Of a stretch of DNA of 64,000 bases, positions 41,654 through 51,578 are shown piece after piece. The stretch spans positions 313,294 to 377,293 of the forward strand of contig DAHWKL010000001.1 in assembly GCA_027343665.1 (NCBI GenBank). The letters are read 5' to 3'. A program made the position numbers and the translations under genes. Every line of letters starts with the position of its first letter. Within the stretch, counting starts at the first letter, position 1. The notes under the pieces were generated by a model. That model did no database searches. It was given only the letters and a program-made list of their open reading frames with translations, and was not told where the DNA came from. This stretch comes from an archaeon (GTDB lineage Archaea > Nanobdellota > Nanobdellia > Pacearchaeales > GW2011-AR1).

Positions 41654-42469
41654 TTAATCTTCGTCGCCGATCCACCAGTCCATATCAGGAAGAGCTGATA
41701 TATCCTGTCCTCTTGATTTCAAATATCCTCTTGCAAGAAGGTAGAATATCAATCCCAAGCTCTTTCCGCTTTTGTTGTTTCCGATTATCACATAATCTGC
41801 ACCCTGAGAAAAATTATTAGTTCCGCATATCATAAGAACTTTTTTCTTCACATCAAGGGTGTCTTTCAGAGCATTTTTATCAAGCCAATGGTCGGAGATT
41901 ATTGTAAGTTCAGTCTCAAAGAAGTCTTTTAAATTTGTATTAGTCATAATTCCTGCAGGATATTTTTTGGTGAAAACCCTTATTCCGGTGACTTCACTGA
42001 ATTTCATTGCTGCTCTCCATCCAGATTGCCTTTTGCACACAAGAATTACATCTTCAGGATTGAATTTTGAAAGGTATTCAATTCCACCTTTTAACTTTTC
42101 ATCAATCAAATCCGTGTTAAAAATTGCAAGTCCATCAGCTCTTCTTCTGTAAACGTAAGGTTTCATTTCGGGGGTTACTATTCTTGTTCCAAGGTAAATG
42201 CCTGTCTTGACATAATCTTCAAGATCAATGAGCATATCAGCCTTTTTCTTGGCTTTAATCTCCTCTTTCAAAGATTCTGTATCAAGCTTCTCTACTTTTT
42301 CTTCCATAAGCTTTGCAGCTTTCTCTTTAAGTTCTTTGAGTTTGTCTTCTTTCGACTTTGAAGATTTCTCATGTTTCTCTGTCTCTAGTGATTCCGCTTC
42401 AGCTGCTTTGGCGAGCTCTTCGCCTGAAAGCTCTTCAATATCTTCTTTTTCAGTTTTTTTCCTTGCCAT
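41654..42469 (-). CDS. rps2: 30S ribosomal protein S2 (long charged N-terminal extension)
   Basis: YVKTGIYLGT...MKPYVYRRRADGL, NNKSGKSLGLIFYLLAR. Confidence 0.94.
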   Translation of the reverse strand: MARKKTEKEDIEELSGEELAKAAEAESLETEKHEKSSKSKEDKLKELKEKAAKLMEEKVEKLDTESLKEEIKAKKKADMLIDLEDYVKTGIYLGTRIVTPEMKPYVYRRRADGLAIFNTDLIDEKLKGGIEYLSKFNPEDVILVCKRQSGWRAAMKFSEVTGIRVFTKKYPAGIMTNTNLKDFFETELTIISDHWLDKNALKDTLDVKKKVLMICGTNNFSQGADYVIIGNNKSGKSLGLIFYLLARGYLKSRGQDISALPDMDWWIGDED

Positions 42470-42530
42470 AAGAGTTTAGATTAAATTTGATTTATAAAGA
42501 TTGCTGTTAAGATTTCAAGAAAATAATGGA

Positions 42531-42782
42531 TTACTCTTCAGAGCTTTCCCTTGGCTTTCTCCATTTTGTCAAAATTATCTTGAAACCTATTATTTTCGCA
42601 GTATAGTTTGGCCCCAGAAATCTGAGCATCTCTTCCGAAAGTTTTACCAGTTCCCCTTTATCCCCTCTTGCCGATTTTAGGACAGTGACCTTAACAATCC
42701 TGCATGTGGCAAAATGAACTTTCAGCATTCCCAAAAAATTTTCAGTTATGCCGTTCTTTCCGAGCTGAACTTCTCTTATCAT
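42531..42782 (-). CDS. YhbY/CRM RNA-binding protein
   Basis: VQLGKNGIT...VKVTVLK...IIGFKIIL. Confidence 0.88.
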   Translation of the reverse strand: MIREVQLGKNGITENFLGMLKVHFATCRIVKVTVLKSARGDKGELVKLSEEMLRFLGPNYTAKIIGFKIILTKWRKPRESSEE

Positions 42783-42835
42783 GATATAATCAAGGAGAAT
42801 TACTTTTATAAATTTATAATTGCTCGGTTTTTGAT

Positions 42836-42906
42836 GCGCTAGTGGTCTAATGGTAGAATGCAAGCTTCCCAAGCTTGCGATCCGGGTCCGATTCCCGGCT
42901 GGCGCA
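42836..42906 (+). tRNA. tRNA-Gly(CCC)
   Basis: GCGCTAG/CTGGCGC acceptor; CAAGC-TT-CCC-AA-GCTTG. Confidence 0.94.
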
Positions 42907-42911
42907 TTTCT

Positions 42912-43286
42912 TTACTTTTGCAATAATTTTAGAATATCCTTTTTTTTGATAACAATCTCACGAGGTTCATTTTTCAGTTTCCATGAACCCTCCTTCATCC
43001 AAAAATGCTTTTTGACATCGCGACCGCTGAAAACATGGAGAGGAATATCTCTTTTGTGATCACGCCAATCCTGAGACTTTGAAGCACAGTAAACCCCTGC
43101 CTCATAAATTTCTTCCTCTGCCGGACTGTCCTTGCCAATCACGCAAAAAGGGCTTCCGGAAGCAACAGTGTGAAGGATTATATTTTCTTTACCCTTGAAA
43201 GAATTCACAAGTTCATCATTTCCTTCCGAATTTTTACCGAGCAAAATCTTGGCGCCTGTTGACAAAGTAAATTCACGAGGGTTCAT
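42912..43286 (-). CDS. NFACT-R (DUF814) RNA-binding domain protein
   Basis: LLGKNSEGND...ILHT..SGSPF...AGVYCASKSQDW. Confidence 0.85.
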   Translation of the reverse strand: MNPREFTLSTGAKILLGKNSEGNDELVNSFKGKENIILHTVASGSPFCVIGKDSPAEEEIYEAGVYCASKSQDWRDHKRDIPLHVFSGRDVKKHFWMKEGSWKLKNEPREIVIKKKDILKLLQK

Positions 43287-43306
43287 TTTTTAAGAAAGAG
43301 AAAAGA

Positions 43307-43753
43307 TTATTTAAGCCTTGATGTTATCCAATTATTTACAATTTTCAAGGACTCTTTCTGGTCTTTCCATGTGAGTTTTTTAGATGCCTCAGGAAATAAC
43401 AACCACTTGTAATCTTTATCTTCTGTTCTGTCAATATGAACTTTCCCTGCTTTCACTTCAACGGAATAAAGAGAAAAGGTCTGACCAATAATTCCGGGAC
43501 GATCTTTCAAAGGTTTTGGATAAAGATATTTTCCTGCATAATTGTGTCTTTTTATCTTCAGAGGCTTGAGACCTGTTTCTTCCTTAAGCTCTCTTCTGAC
43601 GGCCATCTTTCTTGTCTCAAATTTCTCAACGCCTCCCTTGGGCAACTCCCAACCTGACCAATGAAGATTCCTTTTCAGAATCAGATATAATAATTTCCCA
43701 TTTTCAATCTTATGAACTACGATAAAAACTCCCTTCCTGAATCGGGGTTTCAT
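43307..43753 (-). CDS. NUDIX hydrolase
   Basis: WELPKGGVE...AVRRELKEETGL Nudix box. Confidence 0.93.
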   Translation of the reverse strand: MKPRFRKGVFIVVHKIENGKLLYLILKRNLHWSGWELPKGGVEKFETRKMAVRRELKEETGLKPLKIKRHNYAGKYLYPKPLKDRPGIIGQTFSLYSVEVKAGKVHIDRTEDKDYKWLLFPEASKKLTWKDQKESLKIVNNWITSRLK

Positions 43754-44004
43754 TTCTTTTTTTCCTCTTCCTTCTTAGCAAAAATTCTTGAAGCTATGAC
43801 AATTCCGACCACACATATAAGCGTAACAATAATCGTCGAAAACAACTGGCCCTGAAGAGGTGAATAAGAAGAGACTTTATTGACATATTGAGTAATGAGA
43901 GTATTCCATGAAAGAGCTATTAAAAGGCTAAATGCAGCAATAATAGCAGTGTTCATAGATGAATAAAACTGTTTCTTGAAATCCGAAATAACTCTTTTTA
44001 CCAT
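43750..44004 (-). CDS. Small two-TM membrane protein (DUF5654-like)
   Basis: AAFSLLIALSWN motif. Confidence 0.75.
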   Translation of the reverse strand: MVKRVISDFKKQFYSSMNTAIIAAFSLLIALSWNTLITQYVNKVSSYSPLQGQLFSTIIVTLICVVGIVIASRIFAKKEEEKKK

Positions 44005-44432
44005 ATCTTTTTAATCCTCTCGACTTCTTTAATCAAGCTTCCCTCATTTAAAAATTTTCTTAAAGGAGTCTCGTTAGGCCTGCTACCCCTCTTTTTTGGA
44101 ACTAGGTGGAAATGAAGATGCGGAATAGACTTCCCTGAAATATTCATATCTCCTTCCCTATAATCAACATCAACTGCAGGATATTTTTTTCTCAGAACTT
44201 TAATACCTGAAATCAGCAAATTGAATATATCCTTCTCCTCAACATTTTTTAGAGAATTCAGCATAACCACATGGCGTTTTGGAATCACAAGGAGATGATC
44301 TTTAAGATAAGGTGCCCTTGCAGGTGTTAGATAAGCTGATTTGTTTTCGGTTATTATGAAATCTTTCTGCGGACTGCAAAAAGGACATTCATCTTTTTTC
44401 ATAAACCTGCTGAGGAATTTTCCGTAGTTCAT
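43998..44432 (-). CDS. HIT family nucleotide hydrolase
   Basis: CPFC, HLLVIPKRH, HLHFHLVP. Confidence 0.92.
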   Translation of the reverse strand: MNYGKFLSRFMKKDECPFCSPQKDFIITENKSAYLTPARAPYLKDHLLVIPKRHVVMLNSLKNVEEKDIFNLLISGIKVLRKKYPAVDVDYREGDMNISGKSIPHLHFHLVPKKRGSRPNETPLRKFLNEGSLIKEVERIKKIW

Positions 44433-44512
44433 CTCTGGAAAAAGCGGAAGGAATTTTTAAATTTATTTTCCAGAGCAATTAAATTAATAAATTAAAAAAA
44501 CCGATTTTTTAT

Positions 44513-45034
44513 ATGTATCTCGGAATTGATGAGTCAAATCACGGTCGTAGACCCGAGATATTTGTCGGATGCATCACACCTTATGATGGAAATATAAGGG
44601 AGGCAGTTATTCCGAAAAGAAGAGACAAATCCGAATCAAAGAGGTGGAAAGAACTTCTCGGACTACCTTATAAACATATAATTTTCGATGATGAATTCAA
44701 AGATATGGATTTGGGGAATTACAAGACTATAGCCATAGGAGAATTCGCGAAATTTTATTCACAACAATTTGAAATAACCAAGATTTTCATGGATGGGAAT
44801 ATGAGAGGACCAAGACTTGAAAAAATCCTTGAGATGCTAGATGAAATTAATTCGCATATAAAACTTGTCTATGGGAAAGACCTTGACAGAAGGACCAAAC
44901 TTGTGAATGAAGCGGACAATATTGCCAATCTGCTGTTCAGGGAATATGTTCTAAAAAACGGAAGGAACAAAGATAAATACGAAAGCTTCCTGCTCCATCC
45001 AAATTTAAAGAAATATGAGAGATTTCTTCTTTAA
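44513..45034 (+). CDS. Divergent RNase HII-like (RNase H fold) protein
   Basis: LGIDESNHG, IFMDG, KDLD...VNEAD acidic motif spacing. Confidence 0.6.
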   Translation: MYLGIDESNHGRRPEIFVGCITPYDGNIREAVIPKRRDKSESKRWKELLGLPYKHIIFDDEFKDMDLGNYKTIAIGEFAKFYSQQFEITKIFMDGNMRGPRLEKILEMLDEINSHIKLVYGKDLDRRTKLVNEADNIANLLFREYVLKNGRNKDKYESFLLHPNLKKYERFLL

Positions 45035-46362
45035 AATTTCTTAATCTCCCAACCATCTTTGCCGTCAAGAATTTCATATCCGAGAGATTTTATCTTATTT
45101 CTCAATTCATCAGCTTTTTTCCAATCTTTATTTTTCCTGCATATCTCACGCTCATCGGCGAGCTCTTTTAGTTCTTGAGGGAGTTCAATTTTAGTTTTCT
45201 CAAGAATTTTAAAACCGAATATTTCATCTATTTTTTTTATCACCTGATATTTCCCTTTTGCCTTATCATCCCGAACAAGTTTCCACAAAACCTGAAGAGC
45301 TTTGGGAGTATTGAAATCGTCATCCATGGCTTCCTCAAAATCTCCAAGAGATTCTTCATTTAATTTCCCATCATCGTCCAAGTTTTCACAGATATTTTTC
45401 AGTCTTTCATATGAGTTTTTTGCATTCTCAAGGGATTCAGGAGAAAAATCAAGAGGTTTTCTGTAGTGAGTTGAGGCAAAGAGATATCTCAAAATCCCGA
45501 GGTCATAAGACTTAAGAGCTTCCCTTATTGTAGAAAAATTTCCTTTAGATTTGCTCATTTTTTCTTTGTTTATATTCAAAAAGCCTGTATGCATCCAGTA
45601 TCTTACAAGAGGTTCCTTTCCTGAAATGGATTCCATCTGGGCAATCTCTGCTTCATGATGCGGGAAAATCAAATCGAGTCCCCCGCCATGAATATCATAC
45701 TGCGAGCCAAACTCTTTCTCAGTGATAGCGGTGTCTTCAATATGCCAGCCAGGCCTTCCTTCTCCAATATCTGTTTTCCATGATGGCTCACCCTCTTTCT
45801 TGAATTTCCAAAGACAAAAATCTCCTGGATTTTTTTTCTCATCATTTTCATCTATCCTTGATACAGAATCTTCAGCATTGAGTGTTGTCCTTTTTGCAAG
45901 CTTCCCATAATCTTCATCTTTTGAAAGATCAAAGTAATAACCATCAGATATTTTGTACGCAAATCCTTTTTCAAGAAGTCTTTTGACCTGCGAGATAATT
46001 TCTTTTATATAATCAGTAGCGCTGGCATATTTTGTGACTGAATCCACCCCAAGACTGTTCATATCTTCAAAATAGAACTCTTTGTATTTTTTTGAAAGCT
46101 CCTTCCAGTCTTCGCCCGTTTCATGGGATTTCTTTATTATCTTATCATCTATGTCGGTTATATTTTGAAGATAAAAAACATCATAACCCAAGTGTCTTAA
46201 ATATTTCACAATGATGTCAAACTGCACGTAAGTCTTGGCATGACCCAGATGGGAAAAATCATAAACTGTCGGACCGCAGACAAAGACGTTCACTTTTCCT
46301 TTTTTCAGGGGCTTGAAACTCTCTTTTTTTCTTGACAAAGTGCTATAAATTTTCAGAGACAT
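45031..46362 (-). CDS. cysS: Cysteine--tRNA ligase
   Basis: CGPTVYD, HLGH, GRPGWHIE, FPHHE, KMSKS. Confidence 0.98.
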   Translation of the reverse strand: MSLKIYSTLSRKKESFKPLKKGKVNVFVCGPTVYDFSHLGHAKTYVQFDIIVKYLRHLGYDVFYLQNITDIDDKIIKKSHETGEDWKELSKKYKEFYFEDMNSLGVDSVTKYASATDYIKEIISQVKRLLEKGFAYKISDGYYFDLSKDEDYGKLAKRTTLNAEDSVSRIDENDEKKNPGDFCLWKFKKEGEPSWKTDIGEGRPGWHIEDTAITEKEFGSQYDIHGGGLDLIFPHHEAEIAQMESISGKEPLVRYWMHTGFLNINKEKMSKSKGNFSTIREALKSYDLGILRYLFASTHYRKPLDFSPESLENAKNSYERLKNICENLDDDGKLNEESLGDFEEAMDDDFNTPKALQVLWKLVRDDKAKGKYQVIKKIDEIFGFKILEKTKIELPQELKELADEREICRKNKDWKKADELRNKIKSLGYEILDGKDGWEIKKF

Positions 46363-46392
46363 GAAGAATCCAGGTGCTAGAAGTTTAAAAAA

Positions 46393-46950
46393 TTAAGTTA
46401 TCTGCAAATCCAGAGGAATCGTAGAAACATACTGCTGCCCATCCGCATCAATGTTTAGGCCATATCTTATATCACATAAGGAAGCGCTGTTTGGGATACT
46501 GAATCTTACAGGAATGGCCTGATTGAGACTGCTTCCTGAAGGAATTACATAGTTACTTCCTGATCCGCCAAGTATGATTAAATTCTGAGCCTGAGATGCC
46601 GACATCTGGCAACCATTAGCAATCTGGATAACGCTCACATTATACGAGAAAGTATGCTGTACAGTGTCAGTATTCCTTATCGAAAAACCAAAAGCTCCTT
46701 CATTACCCTTTGAAATCTGAAGCTGTCCCGTCTGAGGATAAATAACAACCTGCGTGGAAGTGTCCTGAGAAAATAATTGGTTAATTTGATCAGTCAATTG
46801 CTGATTTGTCAGATCGACCGCACTAGTAGCTCCTCCAAAAATATTTTTTATTAAAATCAGGCCCAAAACAAGAACGCTCACGAGAAGGACAATAGTCACA
46901 ATTGTTCCTACGGACATTTCCATCGCACCTTTCGAACTCTTTTTTATCAT
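46393..46950 (-). CDS. Pilin-like protein with class III signal peptide
   Basis: KKSSKGA-MEMSVGTIVTIVLLVSVLVLG. Confidence 0.8.
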   Translation of the reverse strand: MIKKSSKGAMEMSVGTIVTIVLLVSVLVLGLILIKNIFGGATSAVDLTNQQLTDQINQLFSQDTSTQVVIYPQTGQLQISKGNEGAFGFSIRNTDTVQHTFSYNVSVIQIANGCQMSASQAQNLIILGGSGSNYVIPSGSSLNQAIPVRFSIPNSASLCDIRYGLNIDADGQQYVSTIPLDLQIT

Positions 46951-46951
46951 C

Positions 46952-47278
46952 TTAAGCCGCACTTGTTAAGTTTAGTTGCGATCCGTAATAAAGGACTGCA
47001 AAGAAAGATATTGTGAGTATTATTATTGCAAGGAAAATTCCTACAAGATTAAGGACAAAAGCCCATGTGCTTGATCTCCTTGGAACTCTCCCTTTTTCAA
47101 CATAAGCAAAAATTATCCCCAAAACTCCTGTTATTGCGACAAAATAAGGAGCAAATACCGAAAGGAGAACAGAAAGAACACCCAAGATTATAGAAACATT
47201 GTTTTTCACACTCTGCTTCTCCGATTTTTGAGATAATTCTCTTACGGAATCTTTTTTAGAAAGTTTTTTCATCGCCAT
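46952..47278 (-). CDS. Small membrane protein
   Basis: Two to three TM helices. Confidence 0.7.
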   Translation of the reverse strand: MAMKKLSKKDSVRELSQKSEKQSVKNNVSIILGVLSVLLSVFAPYFVAITGVLGIIFAYVEKGRVPRRSSTWAFVLNLVGIFLAIIILTISFFAVLYYGSQLNLTSAA

Positions 47279-47340
47279 CTTCTTATCCTAAAGAAGGATT
47301 AACCATTTATAAAAGTTATTGTAAAATGATTCTGCAAATA

Positions 47341-47412
47341 TGGGAATGGGGGGAGTCGAACCCCCGACACCATGATCTTCAGTCATGTGCTCTCCCGCTG
47401 AGCTACATTCCC
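47341..47412 (-). tRNA. tRNA-Phe(GAA)
   Basis: CATGA-CT-GAA-GA-TCATG; G37 is compatible with wyosine modification by Taw1. Confidence 0.96.
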
Positions 47413-47492
47413 ATTCTCAAAACAAGTTTGGATTCTTTTTTAAAGTTTGTCAATATACAAATCCATAAATAGCTGCAGACCTCTAAATTTTC

Positions 47493-49292
47493 ATGTGCGG
47501 AATCATAGGATATGTAGGAGATAAAAAGATAGTTCCACTACTTATAGAGGGGCTGAAAAAACTCGAATATCGCGGTTATGATAGCGCGGGAATTTGTGTT
47601 CTTGATGGCGGAATGCTTAAGTCTATTAAAGACAAAGGAAGAATCTCAGAACTCGAAAAAGAGGAACCTTTGAAGTGGATATCCGGAAACGCGGGGATTG
47701 CTCACACCCGCTGGGCAACACACGGAAAACCTGATGAGATAAATGCCCACCCCCATTTTGACTGCAAAAAAGAAATCGCGATAGTTCACAATGGAATAAT
47801 TGAAAATTATCAATCATTAAAGAAGTTGCTTATAAAAGAAGGGCATATGATAAGCTCCGAAACAGACTCAGAGATAATAGCACACCTGATTGAAAAATTT
47901 TATGAAGGTGATCTTGAGGAAGCAGTAACAAGAGTCCTTAAGCTTTTAGAAGGGACATATGGGCTGGCTGTGCTTTCAAACAAAGAAGAAAAAATAATTG
48001 TGGCAAAAAAAGGATCTCCCCTGGTGATCGGAGTCGGGGATGGGGAGATGTTTATCGCTTCAGATATTTCCCCAATAATAGAACATACCAATAAAATAAT
48101 CTATCTTTCAGACGGAGAGGTAGGAATTATAACAAAAGACAGATATATCATAAAAAATATTGACGGAAATGGGGTCGACAAAAAAGTTCACGAAGTGAAA
48201 TGGTCGATAGATCAGATAGAAAAAGGAAACTTCAAACATTTCATGCTCAAGGAGATTTTTGAACAGCCAGAAGTTATAAGGAATACCTTCAGAGGAAGAA
48301 TAAAAGATGGGAAAATAAAGCTCAGCTTGAATATTGATTTCAAAAAAATAAAGAGAATAATCTTGACTGCATGCGGGACAAGCTGGCATTCAGCAGTTAT
48401 AGGAAAATACCTCATAGAAGAATACGCAAAAATCCCATGTGAAGTCGATTATGCTTCTGAATTCAGGTACAGAAACCCAATGGTAAACACAGATGACCTT
48501 TTGATTGCAATATCCCAATCAGGAGAAACTGCAGATACAATAGCTGCATTAAAAGAAGCAAAAGGTAAAGGGGCTAAAACTCTGGGAATTGTGAATGTTG
48601 TTGGCTCGACAATCTCGCGCGAGGTGGATTCGGGAATTTATCTTCACGCAGGACCCGAGACGGGAGTAGCTTCAACAAAAGCTTTTACATCACAGATTGC
48701 CGCACTTACATTATTTTCACTTTATCTCGGGCAGGAAAGCGGAATGGATATTGACAATGAGATATTAAAAGAGATGGAAATCATTCCTGAAAAGATAGAG
48801 AAAGTCCTCGAAAACTCCGAAAGGATAAGAAACATTGCTTCGAGATTCAAAGACAAAAACAATTTTTTATATTTTGGCAGAGGTATAAATTTTCCCGTCG
48901 CTCTCGAAGGAGCGTTAAAACTAAAAGAGATCTCTTATATCCATGCAGAAGGCTATCCTGCAGCAGAAATGAAACATGGACCAATAGCATTGATAGACAA
49001 AAACATGCCCATTGTTTTCCTTGCGACAAAAAGTTCAATTTCATCCAAAATTTTAAGCAATATTGAGGAAGTTTATGCGAGAGATGGGAAAATAATTTCA
49101 GTCGTAAATGAGAAAACACCTGAAGTTGAAAAATTTTCGGAAGAATTGATAATTGTCCCGGAAACTATCGAAGAACTGTCCCCAATAATAAATGTAATCT
49201 CACTTCAGCTTCTCGCTTATCATATCGCTGACCTGAAAGGACTTGATGTGGACAAGCCAAGGAACCTTGCCAAATCTGTGACTGTTGAATAA
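47493..49292 (+). CDS. glmS: Glutamine--fructose-6-phosphate aminotransferase
   Basis: MCGIIG, EYRGYDSAG, HTRWATHG, PRNLAKSVTVE. Confidence 0.98.
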   Translation: MCGIIGYVGDKKIVPLLIEGLKKLEYRGYDSAGICVLDGGMLKSIKDKGRISELEKEEPLKWISGNAGIAHTRWATHGKPDEINAHPHFDCKKEIAIVHNGIIENYQSLKKLLIKEGHMISSETDSEIIAHLIEKFYEGDLEEAVTRVLKLLEGTYGLAVLSNKEEKIIVAKKGSPLVIGVGDGEMFIASDISPIIEHTNKIIYLSDGEVGIITKDRYIIKNIDGNGVDKKVHEVKWSIDQIEKGNFKHFMLKEIFEQPEVIRNTFRGRIKDGKIKLSLNIDFKKIKRIILTACGTSWHSAVIGKYLIEEYAKIPCEVDYASEFRYRNPMVNTDDLLIAISQSGETADTIAALKEAKGKGAKTLGIVNVVGSTISREVDSGIYLHAGPETGVASTKAFTSQIAALTLFSLYLGQESGMDIDNEILKEMEIIPEKIEKVLENSERIRNIASRFKDKNNFLYFGRGINFPVALEGALKLKEISYIHAEGYPAAEMKHGPIALIDKNMPIVFLATKSSISSKILSNIEEVYARDGKIISVVNEKTPEVEKFSEELIIVPETIEELSPIINVISLQLLAYHIADLKGLDVDKPRNLAKSVTVE

Positions 49293-49293
49293 A

Positions 49294-49612
49294 GTAAGTC
49301 AGGGATAGGCCACCTTCTGTCGTTCGCTGATATCAGACCAAACGTGCTGGCATTCGACTATGCAGGCATGCTTAAGCTACCCTTGCATTAACCAAGTTGC
49401 CCGTTTCATCATATCCGTTTTTTCTCAGCTTCCCTCACGGTTCATCGCTCAAAAACGGCTGTGTCGTTTCTGTTGCAGAGCTTTCCCTCACAGGAATATC
49501 GTTTTCACGAGATGGTTTTTCATAATGGGCGGACCTTCCTCAGAATCCAGAAATCATAATTCATTTCTCGACAATTTAATGCCAGGACCCCGAAGCCAGC
49601 TCCCCGACTTAC
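49294..49612 (-). ncRNA. rnpB: RNase P RNA (archaeal)
   Basis: Minus strand: P1 GTAAGTCGGGGA/TCCCTGACTTAC, CR-I GAGGAAGGTCCGCCC, GCAACAGAAAC, GATGAAACGG, CR-V ACAGAAGGTGGCCTA. Confidence 0.9.
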
Positions 49613-49759
49613 AGATATTGATGAAACAAAGGGGATTATAAAACTTGCGGCAGAGGCACAAAAAAGTTTTTAAACCACCTACTCTTGCAAAAGTCATCCA
49701 AACTACATCGCCGAACTCCATTTTTCTGGAATCAGGCGCATACTGTAGAAGGAAATAAA

Positions 49760-50389
49760 ATGGAAATCAATGAGCAACTAAAAGCAGCACTCGCTGAATT
49801 GAGGAAAAGTGAGCCAAGAAAGTTCAAACAGACAATAGATTTAATTGTGAATCTCCAGAAGTTCGAAGTAAAGAAAACTCCCGTTAATATTTTTATAAAA
49901 ATACCTCACAAATCGAAGGACAAAAAAATTGCGGGATTCTTCGAGGCGAAAAGCGATTTAATAGATACAATCACAGAGATGGACTTCAAAAAGTACAATG
50001 ATAAAAAAAAGCTCAAATCTCTTGTGAACAAATATGATTTTTTCATCGCCCAAGCAAAGTTAATGCCAAAAGTGGCTACAGTCTTTGGAAGGGTGCTCGG
50101 ACCTGCAGGGAAGATGCCTTCACCTCAGATGGGAATAGTCCTGAATGCAGACCAGAAATCCATAGATGAACTAAGGGAAAAGATAAACTCAAGCATGAGA
50201 ATAAGAACAAAAGAGGCATCCATAAAAATTGCCATCGGAAAAGAAGACATGGAAGATGAGGAAATAATAGAGAATGCGATGGCAGTCTATAATGAACTCC
50301 TTAAAGCCCTGCCAAGAGACAAAGAGAACATAAAGAATGTTGAAGTGAAGTTCACCATGACTAAACCTATAAAAATAAAGATAAGATGA
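49760..50389 (+). CDS. rpl1: 50S ribosomal protein L1
   Basis: RKFKQTIDLIVNL, GRVLGPAGKMP; ATG at 49760. Confidence 0.96.
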   Translation: MEINEQLKAALAELRKSEPRKFKQTIDLIVNLQKFEVKKTPVNIFIKIPHKSKDKKIAGFFEAKSDLIDTITEMDFKKYNDKKKLKSLVNKYDFFIAQAKLMPKVATVFGRVLGPAGKMPSPQMGIVLNADQKSIDELREKINSSMRIRTKEASIKIAIGKEDMEDEEIIENAMAVYNELLKALPRDKENIKNVEVKFTMTKPIKIKIR

Positions 50390-51267
50390 AAAAGCAAATC
50401 AAAACGCATGTTTCGAAAGAGAAAGTAAGCGCAGTGAAAGTAATGACTGAACTTTTGAAAACAAAAAAAACGATAATGGTCGCTGATATCTCCTCAATTC
50501 CCAACTCGCAATATGAAGCGATAAAAAAGAAACTAAGGGGAAAATCTGTGGTGAAAGTTCCAAAGAAAAACCTTTTTTTCAGGGCAGTAGATGACTCGAA
50601 AAATGAGGCACTCTCTAAGATAAAAGATTTCTTCAATAAACCCATAGCAATAATGTTTTCAGATATGGATTCATATGAACTTGCTGGGGAACTCATAAAA
50701 AACAAAAGTCCCGCTAAAGCAAAGCCGGGGCAAATCGCTCCTAATGATCTTGAAGTTCCCGCGGGACCAACAGATCTTGTTCCTGGGCCGGCAATATCAG
50801 AGCTTGGAGCACTTGGGATAAAAATACAGATACAGGGTGGAAAAATTGAGATAAAAGAACCGAAGGTTCTCACAAAAAAGGGCGACAAAATCTCAGATGG
50901 CGCTTCAGCAATTCTGGCAAAACTTGGGATAATGCCTTTCACGATAGGGTTTATACCTGTCTGCGCTTATGATGCGAAAGAAAACAAGATTTATACCGAT
51001 TTAAAGATCGACTCGGAAGGAGCAGTGAGAGAACTCAAGGAGCTTTTCGCAAGAGCTCTCGGACTTGCTGTTAACATAAGTTATTTCACAGGCGAGACTC
51101 TCCCCTTGATGATACAAAAAGCCGGGGCACATGAGAAGAGGATGATAAAAATCATAACAGGAGAGCCTGACGAAGTGGCTGCTCCAACAACAGATGAAGT
51201 TCCTCAACCAAAAAAGGAGGAAGTCAAAGTGAATCCTGCTGAAGGGCTTGCAAGCCTTTTCGGTTAG
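50386..51267 (+). CDS. rpl10: 50S ribosomal protein L10 (P0)
   Basis: PAKAKPGQIAP...GPT...PGP; C-terminal GLASLFG. Confidence 0.96.
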   Translation: MKKQIKTHVSKEKVSAVKVMTELLKTKKTIMVADISSIPNSQYEAIKKKLRGKSVVKVPKKNLFFRAVDDSKNEALSKIKDFFNKPIAIMFSDMDSYELAGELIKNKSPAKAKPGQIAPNDLEVPAGPTDLVPGPAISELGALGIKIQIQGGKIEIKEPKVLTKKGDKISDGASAILAKLGIMPFTIGFIPVCAYDAKENKIYTDLKIDSEGAVRELKELFARALGLAVNISYFTGETLPLMIQKAGAHEKRMIKIITGEPDEVAAPTTDEVPQPKKEEVKVNPAEGLASLFG

Positions 51268-51293
51268 GCACTAATTAAATGAAGGTAACGAAA

Positions 51294-51578
51294 ATGGAAT
51301 ACGTATATGCGGCACTTTTGTTGCACAAACTTGGAAAAGAAGTTAGCGAAAACGGCGTGAAAGCAGTCGTTGCAGCAACAGGCGCAAGTGTTGATGACTC
51401 GAAAGTCAAAAGCCTTGTCGCTAGCCTTAAAGGTGTGGATATAGACGCTGAACTTGCAAACGCAAGCGTGGCATCTGCAGCTCCGGCTCCGACAGCTGAA
51501 GCAAAAAAAGAAGAAGCACCTAAGAAAGAAGAGAAGAAGGCATCTGCAGCAGAAGGATTGGCTTCATTGTTTGGATAA
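51294..51578 (+). CDS. rpl12: 50S ribosomal protein L12 (P1)
   Basis: MEYVYAALLLH...AAEGLASLFG. Confidence 0.97.
   Translation: MEYVYAALLLHKLGKEVSENGVKAVVAATGASVDDSKVKSLVASLKGVDIDAELANASVASAAPAPTAEAKKEEAPKKEEKKASAAEGLASLFG

Noticed and set aside
49360..49641. 93-aa ORF downstream of glmS, or a glmS ribozyme
   Set aside because: The region is the antisense of the RNase P RNA, and glmS ribozymes lie upstream of the gene in bacteria
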